Origin: an uncultured Hyphomicrobium sp.
Lineage (GTDB): Bacteria; Pseudomonadota; Alphaproteobacteria; Rhizobiales; Hyphomicrobiaceae
NCBI GenBank assembly: GCA_964581475.1
Contig: CAZOOS010000001.1
Coordinates: 3,991 to 67,990 of the forward strand
Direction: 5' to 3'
Length of the DNA: 64,000 nt
Shown in pieces: positions 1 through 10,973 of this stretch (position 1 is the first letter of the stretch; every line of letters starts with the position of its first letter). The translations under genes were made by a program, and so were the position numbers. The notes beneath the pieces were generated by a model. That model saw only the letters and a list, made by a program, of their open reading frames with translations, made no database searches and was not told the origin of the DNA.

Positions 1-1091
1 GGGTTGAGGTCGACGACGCCGACGACTGCCGAGGGCCTCAGCAGATTCAAGAACGTCACACCCTTCGAGCCGCCGCCCCAGATCACGGCACGCATCCCGC
101 TGCGCTGCAGTTCATCGACCACACGTCTCCAGTGGTCCAGTTTGCGGCGATATCGGTCAGGGAAGCGCTCGACGCATCCTTTCACCACGCGCGCATCCAT
201 CGCGGATGGCGTCGTCTCGCCTGAGCCCGGTGTGCATTCGATGCCGATGAACTGCCCGTCGTACAACTCTGAAATGCGCCGGATGGTGAAGCCGTTGCGC
301 GAAAACAGATGATGCAGCGAGGCGTCGGAGAAGTAGGAGCAGTGCTCGTAAATCAAGTCCCAAATGCCGAGGTCGCGCAGCGTGTATGCGGCGTTCGGCA
401 CCTCGAAAAAGACAACAGCAGCCTCCTTTGAGTCTAGCGTGCGGCGGATTCCTGCAACAAACGGGTCGGGCTCTTCGATGTGCTCAAGGACGTGCCTGCA
501 ACACAGCAAATCGCAGGGATAGTTGGCAAACTGTGTGCCGTAGAAATCGCGAATGAAGGTCGGGTTCGCCGACGCCAACTGATCATGATCGCTCGGCGCG
601 TAGCTCTTGTCGAACCCGTAGCCGCGATTGTTGCCCACCTTGCAGAGAAGCGAGAGAAAGTCACCGCGGCCGCAGCCGACGTCGATGACGTCCTTTTCAC
701 GGATGCCGTATGTATCGATTAGGCGATGGGCGAGGTCCTCGGCGTATCTGCTGAAGTGCGGCGAGAAATGCAGCGAGTTCTCGTACGCCTCAGTGTACTC
801 CAGCTTGCCTGCATCGAATGCCGAATTGAAGACGTGACCGCAATCGCTGCACAGCGTCAGTTCGATGTCGCCGGTCGCCGCCGACAGCGCCTCGGTGCGG
901 GTTGACCACAGGACATTGCAGAAGACCGGGACGCCGCGGACATCGATGAAGCGAGTGACGGCTGCGCTCGAGCACACGGGGCAACCGGGCGCAAGCCGAC
1001 GATTGCGCTCCTCCCGCTCTTCGCTCGCCTCCGGCTCATGCTCATCGGATGTCGCCGGGCAGTCCTTGGAAACACAGACCCTGTCATGCAT
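1..1091 (-). CDS. NDP-sugar C-methyltransferase-like class I SAM methyltransferase, runs off the left edge (3' partial)
   Basis: Not in the ORF track because it has no stop in the window. Manual translation gives CPVC...CSDC zinc motif, VIDVGCGRG SAM motif, RHVLEH, FFEVPN, WDLIYEHCSYF and IWGGGSKG. Clear paralog of 4547..5770. Confidence 0.85.
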   Translation of the reverse strand, partial: MHDRVCVSKDCPATSDEHEPEASEEREERNRRLAPGCPVCSSAAVTRFIDVRGVPVFCNVLWSTRTEALSAATGDIELTLCSDCGHVFNSAFDAGKLEYTEAYENSLHFSPHFSRYAEDLAHRLIDTYGIREKDVIDVGCGRGDFLSLLCKVGNNRGYGFDKSYAPSDHDQLASANPTFIRDFYGTQFANYPCDLLCCRHVLEHIEEPDPFVAGIRRTLDSKEAAVVFFEVPNAAYTLRDLGIWDLIYEHCSYFSDASLHHLFSRNGFTIRRISELYDGQFIGIECTPGSGETTPSAMDARVVKGCVERFPDRYRRKLDHWRRVVDELQRSGMRAVIWGGGSKGVTFLNLLRPSAVVGVVDLN

Positions 1092-1233
1092 GGCAGACTG
1101 ACTTTCCCCCCCGTCGGACGCCCGCAACATTGCCACGAACACTACGTGGCGCCCCGACGCCTCACGTCAACAGCGCCATAGGTATGGAGCGGCGCCGCTG
1201 AACTCGTCGGCGTCCTGACGTTGACGGCAGTGG

Positions 1234-1273
1234 AGCTACGCCGAAAGGTGTAGCTGGTGCCGGAAGGGGGTAG
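1234..1273. promoter_or_regulatory. Palindrome AGCTACGCCGAAAGGTGTAGCT plus a weaker copy 20 bp downstream, in a divergent promoter region
   Basis: Near-perfect dyad. Related 18-mers recur in other EPS intergenic regions. Could alternatively be a GNRA-loop RNA hairpin. Confidence 0.5.
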
Positions 1274-1449
1274 GGGACCGCATGGCTCGGTCATCTTGTG
1301 CGCGTCTCGGCCGATTGACTAGCCTTCGACGAAGTCTGTTTGCCCTGCCGTGGGAAAGCTCGCCGCCAGACACGGTCACGTTGGTGCGCGAATCTTCAAG
1401 TCCAAGCGGCGTCGCAGCAGACCAGTACCACCGGAGGGTTCGGTCCATC

Positions 1450-2283
1450 ATGAAAGTGGCAATTCTGGCCGGAGGGCACGGGACACGACTGGCGGAGGAA
1501 ACGCAGATCCGCCCGAAGCCCATGGTCGAGATCGGCGGCATGCCAATTCTCTGGCACATCATGATGCACTACTCGCAATTCCGTCATAACGAATTCGCCA
1601 TCGCGCTCGGATACAAGGGCGAGTACATCAAAAAATTCTTCACCGACTACTGCGCCCTCAACGGCGATCTGACCGTCCGCATGGACCGCAAGAACGGTGC
1701 GGTCATCAAGCCGCACCAGAAAACCCATCCCGAATGGCAGGTCGACCTCATCGAGACCGGTGCCGAAACACTGACCGGCGGCCGCGTGAAGCGGCTCGCT
1801 CCCTTCCTCGGCGATGAAACATTCATGCTGACGTGGGGCGACGGAATTTCCGACATCGACCTCGATGAGCTCCTCGCCTTCCATCGCTCGCACGGCAAGC
1901 TCGCCACCGTCACCGCGGTTCGTCCTCCGGCGCGATATGGGCATATGCGGTTCGACGGGCCGCGCGTGACCAAGTTCTCCGAAAAGCCGCAGGCGGCGGA
2001 AGGCTGGATCAACGGCGCCTTCTTCGTGCTCGAGCCCGCGGTGCTCGACTATATCGACGGGGATCTGGTGATGTTCGAGCATGCGCCTCTCGAACGGCTC
2101 GCTCAAGACGGCGAGCTGATGGCGTACAAGCACACCGGTTTCTGGGCCTGCATGGACACGCTCAGGGACAAAACGAAACTCGAGGAAATGTGGCGCTCCG
2201 GGGACCGCCCGTGGGCAACCTGGGAGCGGCGGAAATGCGAGTCTTCGTCACCGGCCATCGCGGCTATATCGGCACAATTCTGA
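1450..2283 (+). CDS. rfbF: Glucose-1-phosphate cytidylyltransferase
   Basis: [55 protein letters not shown] at 1450 follows GGAGGG. Confidence 0.93.
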   Translation: MKVAILAGGHGTRLAEETQIRPKPMVEIGGMPILWHIMMHYSQFRHNEFAIALGYKGEYIKKFFTDYCALNGDLTVRMDRKNGAVIKPHQKTHPEWQVDLIETGAETLTGGRVKRLAPFLGDETFMLTWGDGISDIDLDELLAFHRSHGKLATVTAVRPPARYGHMRFDGPRVTKFSEKPQAAEGWINGAFFVLEPAVLDYIDGDLVMFEHAPLERLAQDGELMAYKHTGFWACMDTLRDKTKLEEMWRSGDRPWATWERRKCESSSPAIAAISAQF

Positions 2284-4547
2284 CGCCGATGTTGCTCGAA
2301 GCCGGACACGATGTGTTCGGTTGCGACAGCGACCTCTACGAGCGCTGCACCTTCGCGGCTGGCGGCACTATCTCCGACGTGCCTTCCCTGCGTAAGGATA
2401 TTCGCCACCTCGAGGTCGCCGACCTGCTGGGCTTCGATGCCGTAATGCATCTTGCCGGGCTGTCGAACGACCCGCTGGGCGATCTCGATCCGCAACTGAC
2501 GTTCGAGATCAATCATCTCGCGTCGGTCCGCCTGGCCGAGCTGAGCAAGCGCGCGGGTGTCGGCCGCTTCATCTATTCGTCCTCGTGCTCGAATTACGGC
2601 CGCGCCGGGAATGAGTTCATCGACGAAACAGGGGCGCTCAACCCGGTGACGCCCTATGGGCGCTCGAAGGTTCTCGCCGAGCGCGACATCGCACCGTTGG
2701 CGGATGGGAATTTCTGCCCAACCTATCTGCGTTCGGCGACGGCTTACGGCGTGTCGCCACGGCTGCGCTTCGATCTCGTTCTCAACAATCTGGTCGCCTG
2801 GGCGATGACGACGGGGCGCATCTTCATCAAGTCGGACGGCACGCCGTGGCGCCCGATCACGCACATCGAGGACATCTCGCGCGCGTTCATCTCCGTCCTG
2901 CATGGCGATCCGGCGAAGGTGTTCAATCAGGTGTTCAACGTCGGTATTACCTCGGACAACTATCAGGTGCGCGAACTCGCCGAGATCGTCGCCTCCGTCG
3001 TCCCCAATTGCGAAGTCTCGTATGCGCCGGACGCGGGTCCCGACCTGCGCTGCTACCGCATCAATTGCGATAAGATCGCTCGCGAGCTGCCCGAGTTCAA
3101 ACCGCAATGGAACGCCCGCAAGGGCGCCGTGGAACTCTACGAGTCCTATAAAGAAAGCGGCGTCACGCTCGAGGAGTTCGAGGGCCCGCGCTATCAGCGC
3201 ATCGCTCACATTAAGATGCTGATTGCCGACAACGTTATCGATACCAAGCTCGAGCACGTTGCGGAGCGCACGCGGGCTCCCGCCCACGCCGCGAACGGTC
3301 AGGAAGCGGACAGCTTTGCGGTGCAATGCGGCGACACGCATTGCCACTCCTGTGGTCACCACGGACTGCTACCAGTTCTCGATCTCGGCAAGATGCCGAA
3401 ATCCGACGGTCTGGTGGCGGACGGCCGGGTCGGTATCGAGCAGCGCTATCCGCTGCAGTTGGGCTTTTGCCCGTCGTGCACGCTGGTACAGCTGCTCGAC
3501 GTGCCGCCCGCTTCCGAGCTATTTGGCGCCGGATATCTCTACTTCTCATCTTACTCGCAGGACTTGCTCGAGCACGCGCGCGCCAATGCCGAGGAACTCA
3601 TCGAGCGCCTGGGGCTCGGCTCGCAAAGCCTCGTCATCGAGCCGGCCAGCAACGACGGCTACATGCTGCAGAATTTCGCCAGGCACGGTATTCCCGTGCT
3701 GGGCGTCGAGCCGGCGCCCAAGCAGGCGGAGGTTGCCCGCCGCGCGGGTGTGTTCACGCTCAACGAGTTCTTCACCAGGGCCTTTGCCCAGCGTCTGCGC
3801 GCTGCGGGTCGCTCGGCCGACCTCCTGATCGCCAATAACGTCGTCGCCCACGTCACCGACACCAACGACTTCGTGGCTGGCGTGCGCGCCCTGCTGAAGG
3901 ATGACGGGCTGGCGGTCGTCGAGTTTCCCTACGTGCGCGATCTCATCGATAAGGGCGAGTTCGACACCATCTATCACGAGCACCTGTGCTATTTCTCGGT
4001 TACCAGCGCCGATGCCCTGCTCAAGCGGCACGGCCTCTACATCAACGACGTGCGCCGCATTCCCATCCACGGCGGTTCGTTGCGCCTCTATTTGCAATGC
4101 AAGGAAGAGCGCAGCGCGGCGGTCCGCGAGTTGCTTGCCGAGGAGCGGGCGCTGGGCATCGACACCTATGCCTATTACGAGACGTTCGCGGCGCGCGTGC
4201 GCAACTTCCGCTCCGCCGCCCGCAAGCTGATCGGCGACATCAAGGCCGACGGCAAGCGCATTGCCGCCTATGGCGCCGCTGCCAAGGGCACGATCATGCT
4301 CAACTACCTTGGCTTCAACGAAAACACGCTCGAGTACGTGGTCGACAAGAACGTCCACAAGCAGGGCATGTACATGCCGGGTGTCGGCCTGCGCATTCAC
4401 GATCCGCAACGTCTGATCGAGGACCAGCCCGATTACCTGATGATTCTGCCGTGGAACTTCCGCGACGAGATCATCCGGCAGCAGACCGGGTATCGCGACG
4501 CTGGCGGCCGCTTCATTGTGCCCATCCCCAATCTGGATGTCGTGTGA
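2235..4547 (+). CDS. Fusion: NAD-dependent epimerase/dehydratase (SDR) + NDP-hexose C-methyltransferase
   Basis: N-terminal GHRGYIG and YGRSK (YxxxK). C-terminal CHSC...CPSC zinc site, [28 protein letters not shown]. Continuous frame. Confidence 0.88.
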   Translation: MRVFVTGHRGYIGTILTPMLLEAGHDVFGCDSDLYERCTFAAGGTISDVPSLRKDIRHLEVADLLGFDAVMHLAGLSNDPLGDLDPQLTFEINHLASVRLAELSKRAGVGRFIYSSSCSNYGRAGNEFIDETGALNPVTPYGRSKVLAERDIAPLADGNFCPTYLRSATAYGVSPRLRFDLVLNNLVAWAMTTGRIFIKSDGTPWRPITHIEDISRAFISVLHGDPAKVFNQVFNVGITSDNYQVRELAEIVASVVPNCEVSYAPDAGPDLRCYRINCDKIARELPEFKPQWNARKGAVELYESYKESGVTLEEFEGPRYQRIAHIKMLIADNVIDTKLEHVAERTRAPAHAANGQEADSFAVQCGDTHCHSCGHHGLLPVLDLGKMPKSDGLVADGRVGIEQRYPLQLGFCPSCTLVQLLDVPPASELFGAGYLYFSSYSQDLLEHARANAEELIERLGLGSQSLVIEPASNDGYMLQNFARHGIPVLGVEPAPKQAEVARRAGVFTLNEFFTRAFAQRLRAAGRSADLLIANNVVAHVTDTNDFVAGVRALLKDDGLAVVEFPYVRDLIDKGEFDTIYHEHLCYFSVTSADALLKRHGLYINDVRRIPIHGGSLRLYLQCKEERSAAVRELLAEERALGIDTYAYYETFAARVRNFRSAARKLIGDIKADGKRIAAYGAAAKGTIMLNYLGFNENTLEYVVDKNVHKQGMYMPGVGLRIHDPQRLIEDQPDYLMILPWNFRDEIIRQQTGYRDAGGRFIVPIPNLDVV

Positions 4548-5770
4548 TGTTGGATACGCCGGCAATCTCGGAGGCCAGGAGACCGAGCGTGCATACGTCG
4601 GCTGCTTGTCCCTGTTGCGGCGGGACAGCGACGGAGGTTCTCTATTCCGTTCGCTCGATTCCCGTGCACAGCTGCGTGCTGCTCGATACGCCAGCGGCGG
4701 CACGCAGCTTTCCGCAGCGCGATCTAGAGCTCGCCTTCTGCGACGACTGCGGCTTCACTTTCAATCATATCTTCGATGAAGCGCTGATGCGCTACTCCAC
4801 GGACTTCGAGGAGTCGCAGCACTTCTCCGATACGTTCAACCGCTTTGCCAAGCAGCTGGCAACCGAGATCGCGGCGCGGTGCCAAACCTCGGGCAAGCGC
4901 GTGCTGGAGATCGGCTGCGGGAAGGGCGAGTTCCTCGCCGAGCTGTGCGAGGTCGGCAACGCCAAGGGGGTCGGCATCGACCCCGGGTATCGCGCCGACG
5001 GCGGACGCGCGGGCGCCAGCACGCGCCTCGAGTTCATCATTGATCACTTCGGCCCGCGCTATGCCGATCTCGTCGCCGACATCGTGCTGTGCCGCCACAC
5101 GCTAGAACATATCAGCCCCGTCTCGCGGTTCATTGCCGACATCCGCGAAATGATTGGCACGCGCGACTACACCTGGGTGGTGTTCGAGACGCCAGACTTC
5201 AAACGCGTGCTGGAAGAAGCCGCGTTCTGGGACATCTACTACGAACATTGCTCCTATTTCAGCCCTGGCGCGCATGCGCATCTGTTTCGCGAACAAGGCT
5301 TCGAGGTCACCGACCTCGACCTCGTCTACAGCAGCCAGTACATCGTCCAGTACGCCCGCCCTGCGCGCGGGCGCACGCGCCGGCACCTGCCGCTGGAAGG
5401 TGATCGCGATGTGCTCCGCGAACTGGCGAGCACGTTTGGCGCGCGCGTGCGCAGCATCCAGAGCCGGTGGCAGCAGCGCATCGGCGAGGCACATGCCGCC
5501 GGCCGCCGTGTCGTTCTATGGGGCGGTGGGTCGAAGGCCGTCTCCTTCCTGACGACGCTGCGTCTTACTGACGAAGTGCAGGCGGCGGTCGACATAAATC
5601 CCTACAAGCAAGGCAAGTTCACCCCCGGCAGCGGACATCCCGTGATCGCGCCGGAGGCGCTCATCGAGCAGCCGCCGGATCTGGTCGTCGTCATGAACCC
5701 GATCTATGTCGGCGAGGTGCGCAAGGCGCTCGCCTCGCTCGATCTTTATCCGGACATCGCTGCGGTCTGA
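4547..5770 (+). CDS. NDP-sugar C-methyltransferase-like SAM methyltransferase
   Basis: CPCC...CDDC, LEIGCGKG, RHTLEH, FWDIYYEHCSYF, LWGGGSK, DINPYKQG. ATG overlaps the upstream TGA. Confidence 0.85.
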   Translation: MLDTPAISEARRPSVHTSAACPCCGGTATEVLYSVRSIPVHSCVLLDTPAAARSFPQRDLELAFCDDCGFTFNHIFDEALMRYSTDFEESQHFSDTFNRFAKQLATEIAARCQTSGKRVLEIGCGKGEFLAELCEVGNAKGVGIDPGYRADGGRAGASTRLEFIIDHFGPRYADLVADIVLCRHTLEHISPVSRFIADIREMIGTRDYTWVVFETPDFKRVLEEAAFWDIYYEHCSYFSPGAHAHLFREQGFEVTDLDLVYSSQYIVQYARPARGRTRRHLPLEGDRDVLRELASTFGARVRSIQSRWQQRIGEAHAAGRRVVLWGGGSKAVSFLTTLRLTDEVQAAVDINPYKQGKFTPGSGHPVIAPEALIEQPPDLVVVMNPIYVGEVRKALASLDLYPDIAAV

Positions 5771-5846
5771 TCGGCAAGCCGGATCAGTCGCACGAACGTC
5801 GAATGGAAGTCGCCAGAGCGACGCTGGCAACTCTGCAGAGGTGAAG

Positions 5847-6833
5847 ATGTCGGTTCGTGTGTCCCTATCGTTGCCGGTTTACAATGGCGAGAAGTTCGTC
5901 GCCAAGGCGATTGGGTCCGTGCTTGCGCAAGACTTCACCAGCTTCGAGCTTATTGTTACGGACAACGCCTCTACCGACCGAACTGAAACGATCTGCCGCG
6001 ATCTTGCTGCTCAAGACGCGAGGATCCGCTACGTCCGGAATGAGAGAAATTTGGGGGCGGCGGCAAATTTCAACCGCGGTTTCGAATTGGCCACCGGCGA
6101 ATACTTCAAATGGTGCGCCCACGACGACTTCATAAGCACAAACTTTGTTGGCGGGGCCGTGCGGGCGCTCGACAGTAGCCCCAAGGCGGTCGCTGCATAC
6201 GGCCGGCTGGAGTATGTCGACCGTGAGGGAAACCTCATCTCGCGCGATCAAGGACGCCCAGACGTCTCGGTCTTCGAGAAGACGTTTCCAGAAATGCAGG
6301 GTATCTCGCCGGCGCGCAGGTTTGCGATGCTGATAAACGCGGGCGGCTCCGACAATGTGATGTTCGGCATGCTGCGCAGAAGTGCTCTCTCGCGCACCTC
6401 CCTGCATAGGCCGTACTACATGTCCGATCGTGCCCTTCTGGTCGAACTCGTGATGGAGGGTGCGTTTGTATATGTGCCGGAGATCGTCCTCTACAACCGG
6501 GATCACCAGGGACGCTCGACACGTATCGCCGACAAGATGACACGCGGGACCTGGACAAATCCAGCGGTGCAAAGCAACAGCTGCTTCGAGCATCTGAGCC
6601 TGCTGCGGCAGCACTTCGAAACCGCGTACCGGTCGCGCGGCACGGCGCCGCTAGGTTTGACGATCACTTCTCTGGCCGTTTGGGCGCTGCATCCGATGCG
6701 CGTCGGTTGGTGCGCCTTGGAAGTGATCGGCATCGTTTCGCCGGGCGCGCGGAATATTCTTGGCAGATTTGCCTGGCGGGTTGTGGACCTTTTCAGAGCG
6801 CCACTTCGCCTTCTTGCCACAGCACGCGACTGA
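5847..6833 (+). CDS. Glycosyltransferase family 2
   Basis: SLPVYNGEKF, DNASTD, NLGAAANFN, WCAHDD. Confidence 0.9.
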   Translation: MSVRVSLSLPVYNGEKFVAKAIGSVLAQDFTSFELIVTDNASTDRTETICRDLAAQDARIRYVRNERNLGAAANFNRGFELATGEYFKWCAHDDFISTNFVGGAVRALDSSPKAVAAYGRLEYVDREGNLISRDQGRPDVSVFEKTFPEMQGISPARRFAMLINAGGSDNVMFGMLRRSALSRTSLHRPYYMSDRALLVELVMEGAFVYVPEIVLYNRDHQGRSTRIADKMTRGTWTNPAVQSNSCFEHLSLLRQHFETAYRSRGTAPLGLTITSLAVWALHPMRVGWCALEVIGIVSPGARNILGRFAWRVVDLFRAPLRLLATARD

Positions 6834-6838
6834 TCATT

Positions 6839-7828
6839 ATGCAGATCGCCGACCCAGTATGTTTGCAAGAGCTGTCCTCCGCCGGGCTAGTCCCCGCAGG
6901 GAGCGATTGCCGCAATTTGGTGGTTGTCCGGGCGGGTCGCAATTCTCTGCACGAGCGCTGGATCGAGGGCGGAGGGGAGCGAGGCTTTGACGTCCTGGTC
7001 GCCTCTTATGAGGAGGGGGCTTGCTGTCAAGCGGACGCGCGCACGTCGATGATCTCCGTTCCCGGGCCGAAGATTGCCGGCTATGCGCAAATCTTTCGCC
7101 GCTATCCGGCGTTGTTCGATAAGTACGATTTCATCGCGTTGTTCGACGATGACATCATCGCGACCAGACGGGACATCGAGCGGCTCTTCGAAATCGGGCG
7201 CCGACACCGGCTCGATCTGTTCCAGCCGGCGCTCTCGTGGGACAGCTACTTTTCCTATGCCGCGACGCTGGTGAACGGCGCATACCGGCTTCGTTTCTCG
7301 AATGCCATCGAGATGATGTGCCCAGTCTTCAGCGCCGCGCAGCTCAAACGCGCGATGCCGCTCTTTGAGTTAGGGTATGAGACCGGCATAGACCTGCTGT
7401 GGACGCGTCTCGGCGATGATCCATGGTTCCGCTATGCGATCGTCGACGATGTCGTCGTCAAGCACACCCGGCCGGTTGGCACCACCAGCCGGCGACAGGG
7501 CTTCCTTCCGGGGGAGCGCTATGACGGACAGGTGCGTACAGTCCTCGATCGCTTCGGCGCAACCTTCCGCGGCTTCGTGTGCTACGCGGCCATCGACCGC
7601 CGCGAACAAGCCGTCGTGTCGAGGTGGGCGATAGCGCTGCGCTCGATTCGTACGTGGGCGGCCTGGAATCAAACTCCGCTCCGCGCCCCGGAATTTGCGC
7701 GACTCGCGACCGACTTCACGCGGCATTGCTTGTTACGTCCTCTCAACCTGACGCGCGTTGATGTCTCTGCACCTCGACCAGGCTGGCGCGGACACGCTAT
7801 GGCCAAGGTTGGGGAGATCGCGCGATGA
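6839..7828 (+). CDS. DUF707-like putative GT-A fold polysaccharide protein
   Basis: RNLVVVRAG..SLH..W, YDFIALFDDD, LFQPALS, EMMCPVF, resembling DUF707 from memory. Overlaps the wzx start. Confidence 0.6.
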   Translation: MQIADPVCLQELSSAGLVPAGSDCRNLVVVRAGRNSLHERWIEGGGERGFDVLVASYEEGACCQADARTSMISVPGPKIAGYAQIFRRYPALFDKYDFIALFDDDIIATRRDIERLFEIGRRHRLDLFQPALSWDSYFSYAATLVNGAYRLRFSNAIEMMCPVFSAAQLKRAMPLFELGYETGIDLLWTRLGDDPWFRYAIVDDVVVKHTRPVGTTSRRQGFLPGERYDGQVRTVLDRFGATFRGFVCYAAIDRREQAVVSRWAIALRSIRTWAAWNQTPLRAPEFARLATDFTRHCLLRPLNLTRVDVSAPRPGWRGHAMAKVGEIAR

Positions 7829-9267
7829 AGAAGATCGGCAGCAAGATCGCCAATGGCGCGTTCTGGACCGCAGTCGAGACTTGGGGGCAGCAGGCGACGT
7901 TGTTCATCGTTTTCGTCGTGCTCGCCCGGTTGCTCAGCCCGCACGCGATCGGGCTCGCCGCTCTAGCAATGACGGCGCCAGTAATCCTCGCCGTGCCCGT
8001 GACCAAGGGCATCGCCGATGCGATCATCCAGCGGCCCGAGATCGACCAACTGCACTTGGACTCCGCATTCTGGTTCCTAGTTGGCGTCGGTGCGCTGTTG
8101 AGCGGGCTGGTAAGTCTTTCAGCTCATCTCATTGCGTTTGCGTTCGACGAACCGCTCCTCGTCGAGCTTGTTCGTTGCGCCGGCCTGATTATCGCCATTC
8201 AAGCCATCGCGGCCGTACCGATCGCGATTCTCAAGCGCGACCTGAATTTTAGGCTGCTGGCCATACGCAGCCTGACGGGCAGTGTGGTCGGGGGCGCGGT
8301 TGGCATCGGATTGGCGGTTGCCGGTCATGGCGTGTGGAGCCTTGTCTGGATGCAGATCGCCAAGGCACTCACGGAGACCGGCATTCTGCTGTTGTTTGGG
8401 GCTTGGCGACCGCACCTGCGCTACTCCTATGAGCGCTGCCGTGAGTTGTTTGGGTTCGCCACCCCGATCGTCGGATACTCGCTATGGTCGTACGTGAATG
8501 AGGAAATTCCCAAGGTGGCGCTTGGAGCGTTTCTCGGCCCCAGTGCCGTGGGCATATACGCCGTGGCGCGTCGGCCGCTCGAGTTGCTATCGAACGTATT
8601 CCTCGGACCGATCACCGGTATGGCCATGCCAGCGGTCGCCCGGCTGCAGAACGACAGGGCCAAGATTGACCAGTTCTTCGACGGCTCGATCCGCGTGGTC
8701 ACTATCATAGGGTTCCCCGTGTTCATCGGGCTTGCCGCCATCGCCCCCGATGTTGTGCCCTTGGTCTTCGGCGAGCACTGGTCAGCGAGCGTCCCCGCTG
8801 TTCAAATCCTCATGCTGCTTGGCATTGTGCGGACGCTCGACAGCGTATGCGCCGGCACCGTTCTCGCGCTTGGCCACTCACGGTTGATCCTCAAGTTCAA
8901 CATTGTCTATACGGTGCTCGCAGCCATCCTCGTGACCGCCGGCGCGCAAATCAGCATCGAGGCGACAGTCGCCGCGGTCGTGTTCTGCAACTTCGTTCTG
9001 GTGCCGCCCCTCCTCTACTACACGCAGCGGCTCGCGGGCATAAACGTGCTGAAGCCGCTCGCGACATTGCCGCGACTCACACTTACGACGACGCTGATGT
9101 TCGTGTCAGTCACCGCCTGGCGGCATGCCGTCGATGCTCCGGTGGATCCCTGGGCCCTCGCCGGCGCCATCGCCGTAGGTGCTCTGGCCTATGGCGCTGC
9201 TACCATGGCGCTCAACCGCCCAGACATTTTTGCCACGCGCGATCTGCTGCTGAGAATTCGCGGCTAG
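7825..9267 (+). CDS. wzx: Polysaccharide flippase (Wzx/PST family)
   Basis: Multi-pass hydrophobic protein; LARLLSP, AIIQR, GVWSLV, LGPSAVGIY, VFGEHW. Confidence 0.88.
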   Translation: MKKIGSKIANGAFWTAVETWGQQATLFIVFVVLARLLSPHAIGLAALAMTAPVILAVPVTKGIADAIIQRPEIDQLHLDSAFWFLVGVGALLSGLVSLSAHLIAFAFDEPLLVELVRCAGLIIAIQAIAAVPIAILKRDLNFRLLAIRSLTGSVVGGAVGIGLAVAGHGVWSLVWMQIAKALTETGILLLFGAWRPHLRYSYERCRELFGFATPIVGYSLWSYVNEEIPKVALGAFLGPSAVGIYAVARRPLELLSNVFLGPITGMAMPAVARLQNDRAKIDQFFDGSIRVVTIIGFPVFIGLAAIAPDVVPLVFGEHWSASVPAVQILMLLGIVRTLDSVCAGTVLALGHSRLILKFNIVYTVLAAILVTAGAQISIEATVAAVVFCNFVLVPPLLYYTQRLAGINVLKPLATLPRLTLTTTLMFVSVTAWRHAVDAPVDPWALAGAIAVGALAYGAATMALNRPDIFATRDLLLRIRG

Positions 9268-9301
9268 AAGCGCACAGAGAAAAACGGGGGGATCGCAGCG
9301 G

Positions 9302-10684
9302 TCAGGCCTTCACGATGTGCGGGCCGGAGGCTCCATTCCGGGCGCAGGCGTTACGAGTATCGATGACCAGCCTCGACGCCTTCGCGACATGCCTCCAGTC
9401 GATCACGTCATGATCGGTGGAGATCAGAACCGCGTCGTAGGAGCCCAGATTGTCTTCAGATAGCTCGACGGAACGCCTGCCGGACAACTTGGCATGCTCC
9501 CTCGTAGGCGGGATCTCCGCCACGTAAGGATCGTGATAGTCGACGCGCGCGCCTCGGCGTTCGATGAGATCCATCAGCTTCAGCGATGGGCTCTCACGCG
9601 TATCTTCCACGTTCTTCTTGTATGACATTCCGATGAGCAGTATTCGGGCGCCATTCAACGCGCGGCCAGCTTGGCTATCCAGAGCCTCCAAGAGGCGATC
9701 GACTACGTAGTGCGGCATGTTCGTGTTGATCTCGCCGGCGAGTTCGATGAATCGCGTCACGATCTCGAGCTCTCTCGCCTTCCACGTCAGATAGAACGGA
9801 TCGATGGGAATGCAGTGCCCGCCGAGGCCAGGTCCCGGATAGAACGGCATATATCCGAATGGTTTGGTCTTGGCGGCGTCGATGACTTCCCAAACGTCGA
9901 TGCCCATCTTTTCGTAAATCACTTTGAGTTCGTTCACGAGGGCGATGTTGACGGAACGAAAGATGTTCTCAGTCAACTTCACCGCTTCCGCCGCGGCGGT
10001 CGACGACACGGGAACGGTCCGCACCACGAGCAAATCGTAGAGAGCCCGAACGAGACGCAGGGAAGTGGGATCATCTGCGCCAACGACCTTAGGAATAGTT
10101 GCGGTGCCGTATTGCCCATTCCCCGGATCCTCGCGCTCGGGTGAAAATGCGAGGAAGAAATCCTTGCCGGCCTTCAGGCCAGTCGCCTCGAGTATCGGCT
10201 GCATGATCTCGCGCGTCGTGCCTGGCCAGGTCGTCGACTCGAGAACAACGAGCTGCCCGGGACGCAACGCGTCGGCGATGGCCTGAGTGCTCTTCTCGAC
10301 GAATGAAAGGTCGGGCTCACGATTGCGAGTAAGCGGCGTTGGCACAGCGATCAGTATTACGTCCGCCTCACTCAGCCTGACGAAGTCATTGGTCGCCTGA
10401 AACCGGCGAGCATCAATGGCTTCCATGATGGCGGCGCCGGGAATGTGCTTAATGCCGCTGTTGCCGCGGTTGAGCTGTTCAACGCGCGCCTCGTTGGTAT
10501 CGAAACCGAGGACCTTGAACCCCGCCTTGATCGAAACCAAGGCTAGCGGGAGCCCGACATAGCCGAGCCCCATGACGGCAACGGTACAGCGCCGCGTTTC
10601 GATCTGTTCCAATAGGTTCAAAGCGTGCGAAACGTCTGCGTAGCGCACGCCCGCTGGCTGCGTTTGGACGTCCAAAAGTTCCAT
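9302..10684 (-). CDS. Nucleotide-sugar 6-dehydrogenase (UDP-GlcNAc dehydrogenase, WbpA/WecC family)
   Basis: GLGYVGLP, VPTP, LESTTWPGTT, FSPERED, KLTEN, GPGLGGHCIPIDP, SYKKNVEDTRESP. Confidence 0.92.
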   Translation of the reverse strand: MELLDVQTQPAGVRYADVSHALNLLEQIETRRCTVAVMGLGYVGLPLALVSIKAGFKVLGFDTNEARVEQLNRGNSGIKHIPGAAIMEAIDARRFQATNDFVRLSEADVILIAVPTPLTRNREPDLSFVEKSTQAIADALRPGQLVVLESTTWPGTTREIMQPILEATGLKAGKDFFLAFSPEREDPGNGQYGTATIPKVVGADDPTSLRLVRALYDLLVVRTVPVSSTAAAEAVKLTENIFRSVNIALVNELKVIYEKMGIDVWEVIDAAKTKPFGYMPFYPGPGLGGHCIPIDPFYLTWKARELEIVTRFIELAGEINTNMPHYVVDRLLEALDSQAGRALNGARILLIGMSYKKNVEDTRESPSLKLMDLIERRGARVDYHDPYVAEIPPTREHAKLSGRRSVELSEDNLGSYDAVLISTDHDVIDWRHVAKASRLVIDTRNACARNGASGPHIVKA

Positions 10685-10973
10685 GCTGCCCGAATCCCGT
10701 TAGTCACGGCCGCGACGGCGCCGGCGGCTGAAAAGCTGCGTCGAAAAATGATTGTGCCATAGGGACATCGGCGCGCGCGCTAAGCGCTTCGACGTGCGGG
10801 TGGTACGTCGAATGGCGAGGCTGACCGACCTTCTACGCCTTTGGAGAGCGTTGCGAGCATCGACCGGGCGGCTACATTTCAAATGCAGAACCGATCTGCC
10901 GAGCTACCGGGCCATCTTCACGTGGCAGCAGTCCATGTTGGCTGTCCGGCATCCCGGTCAGAGGGAGCACCAG

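Noticed and set aside
3986-4546. Long N-terminal extension of the 3986..5770 ORF
   Set aside because: Overlaps the fusion gene in another frame; the recognisable domain starts at ATG 4547, coupled to the upstream stop.
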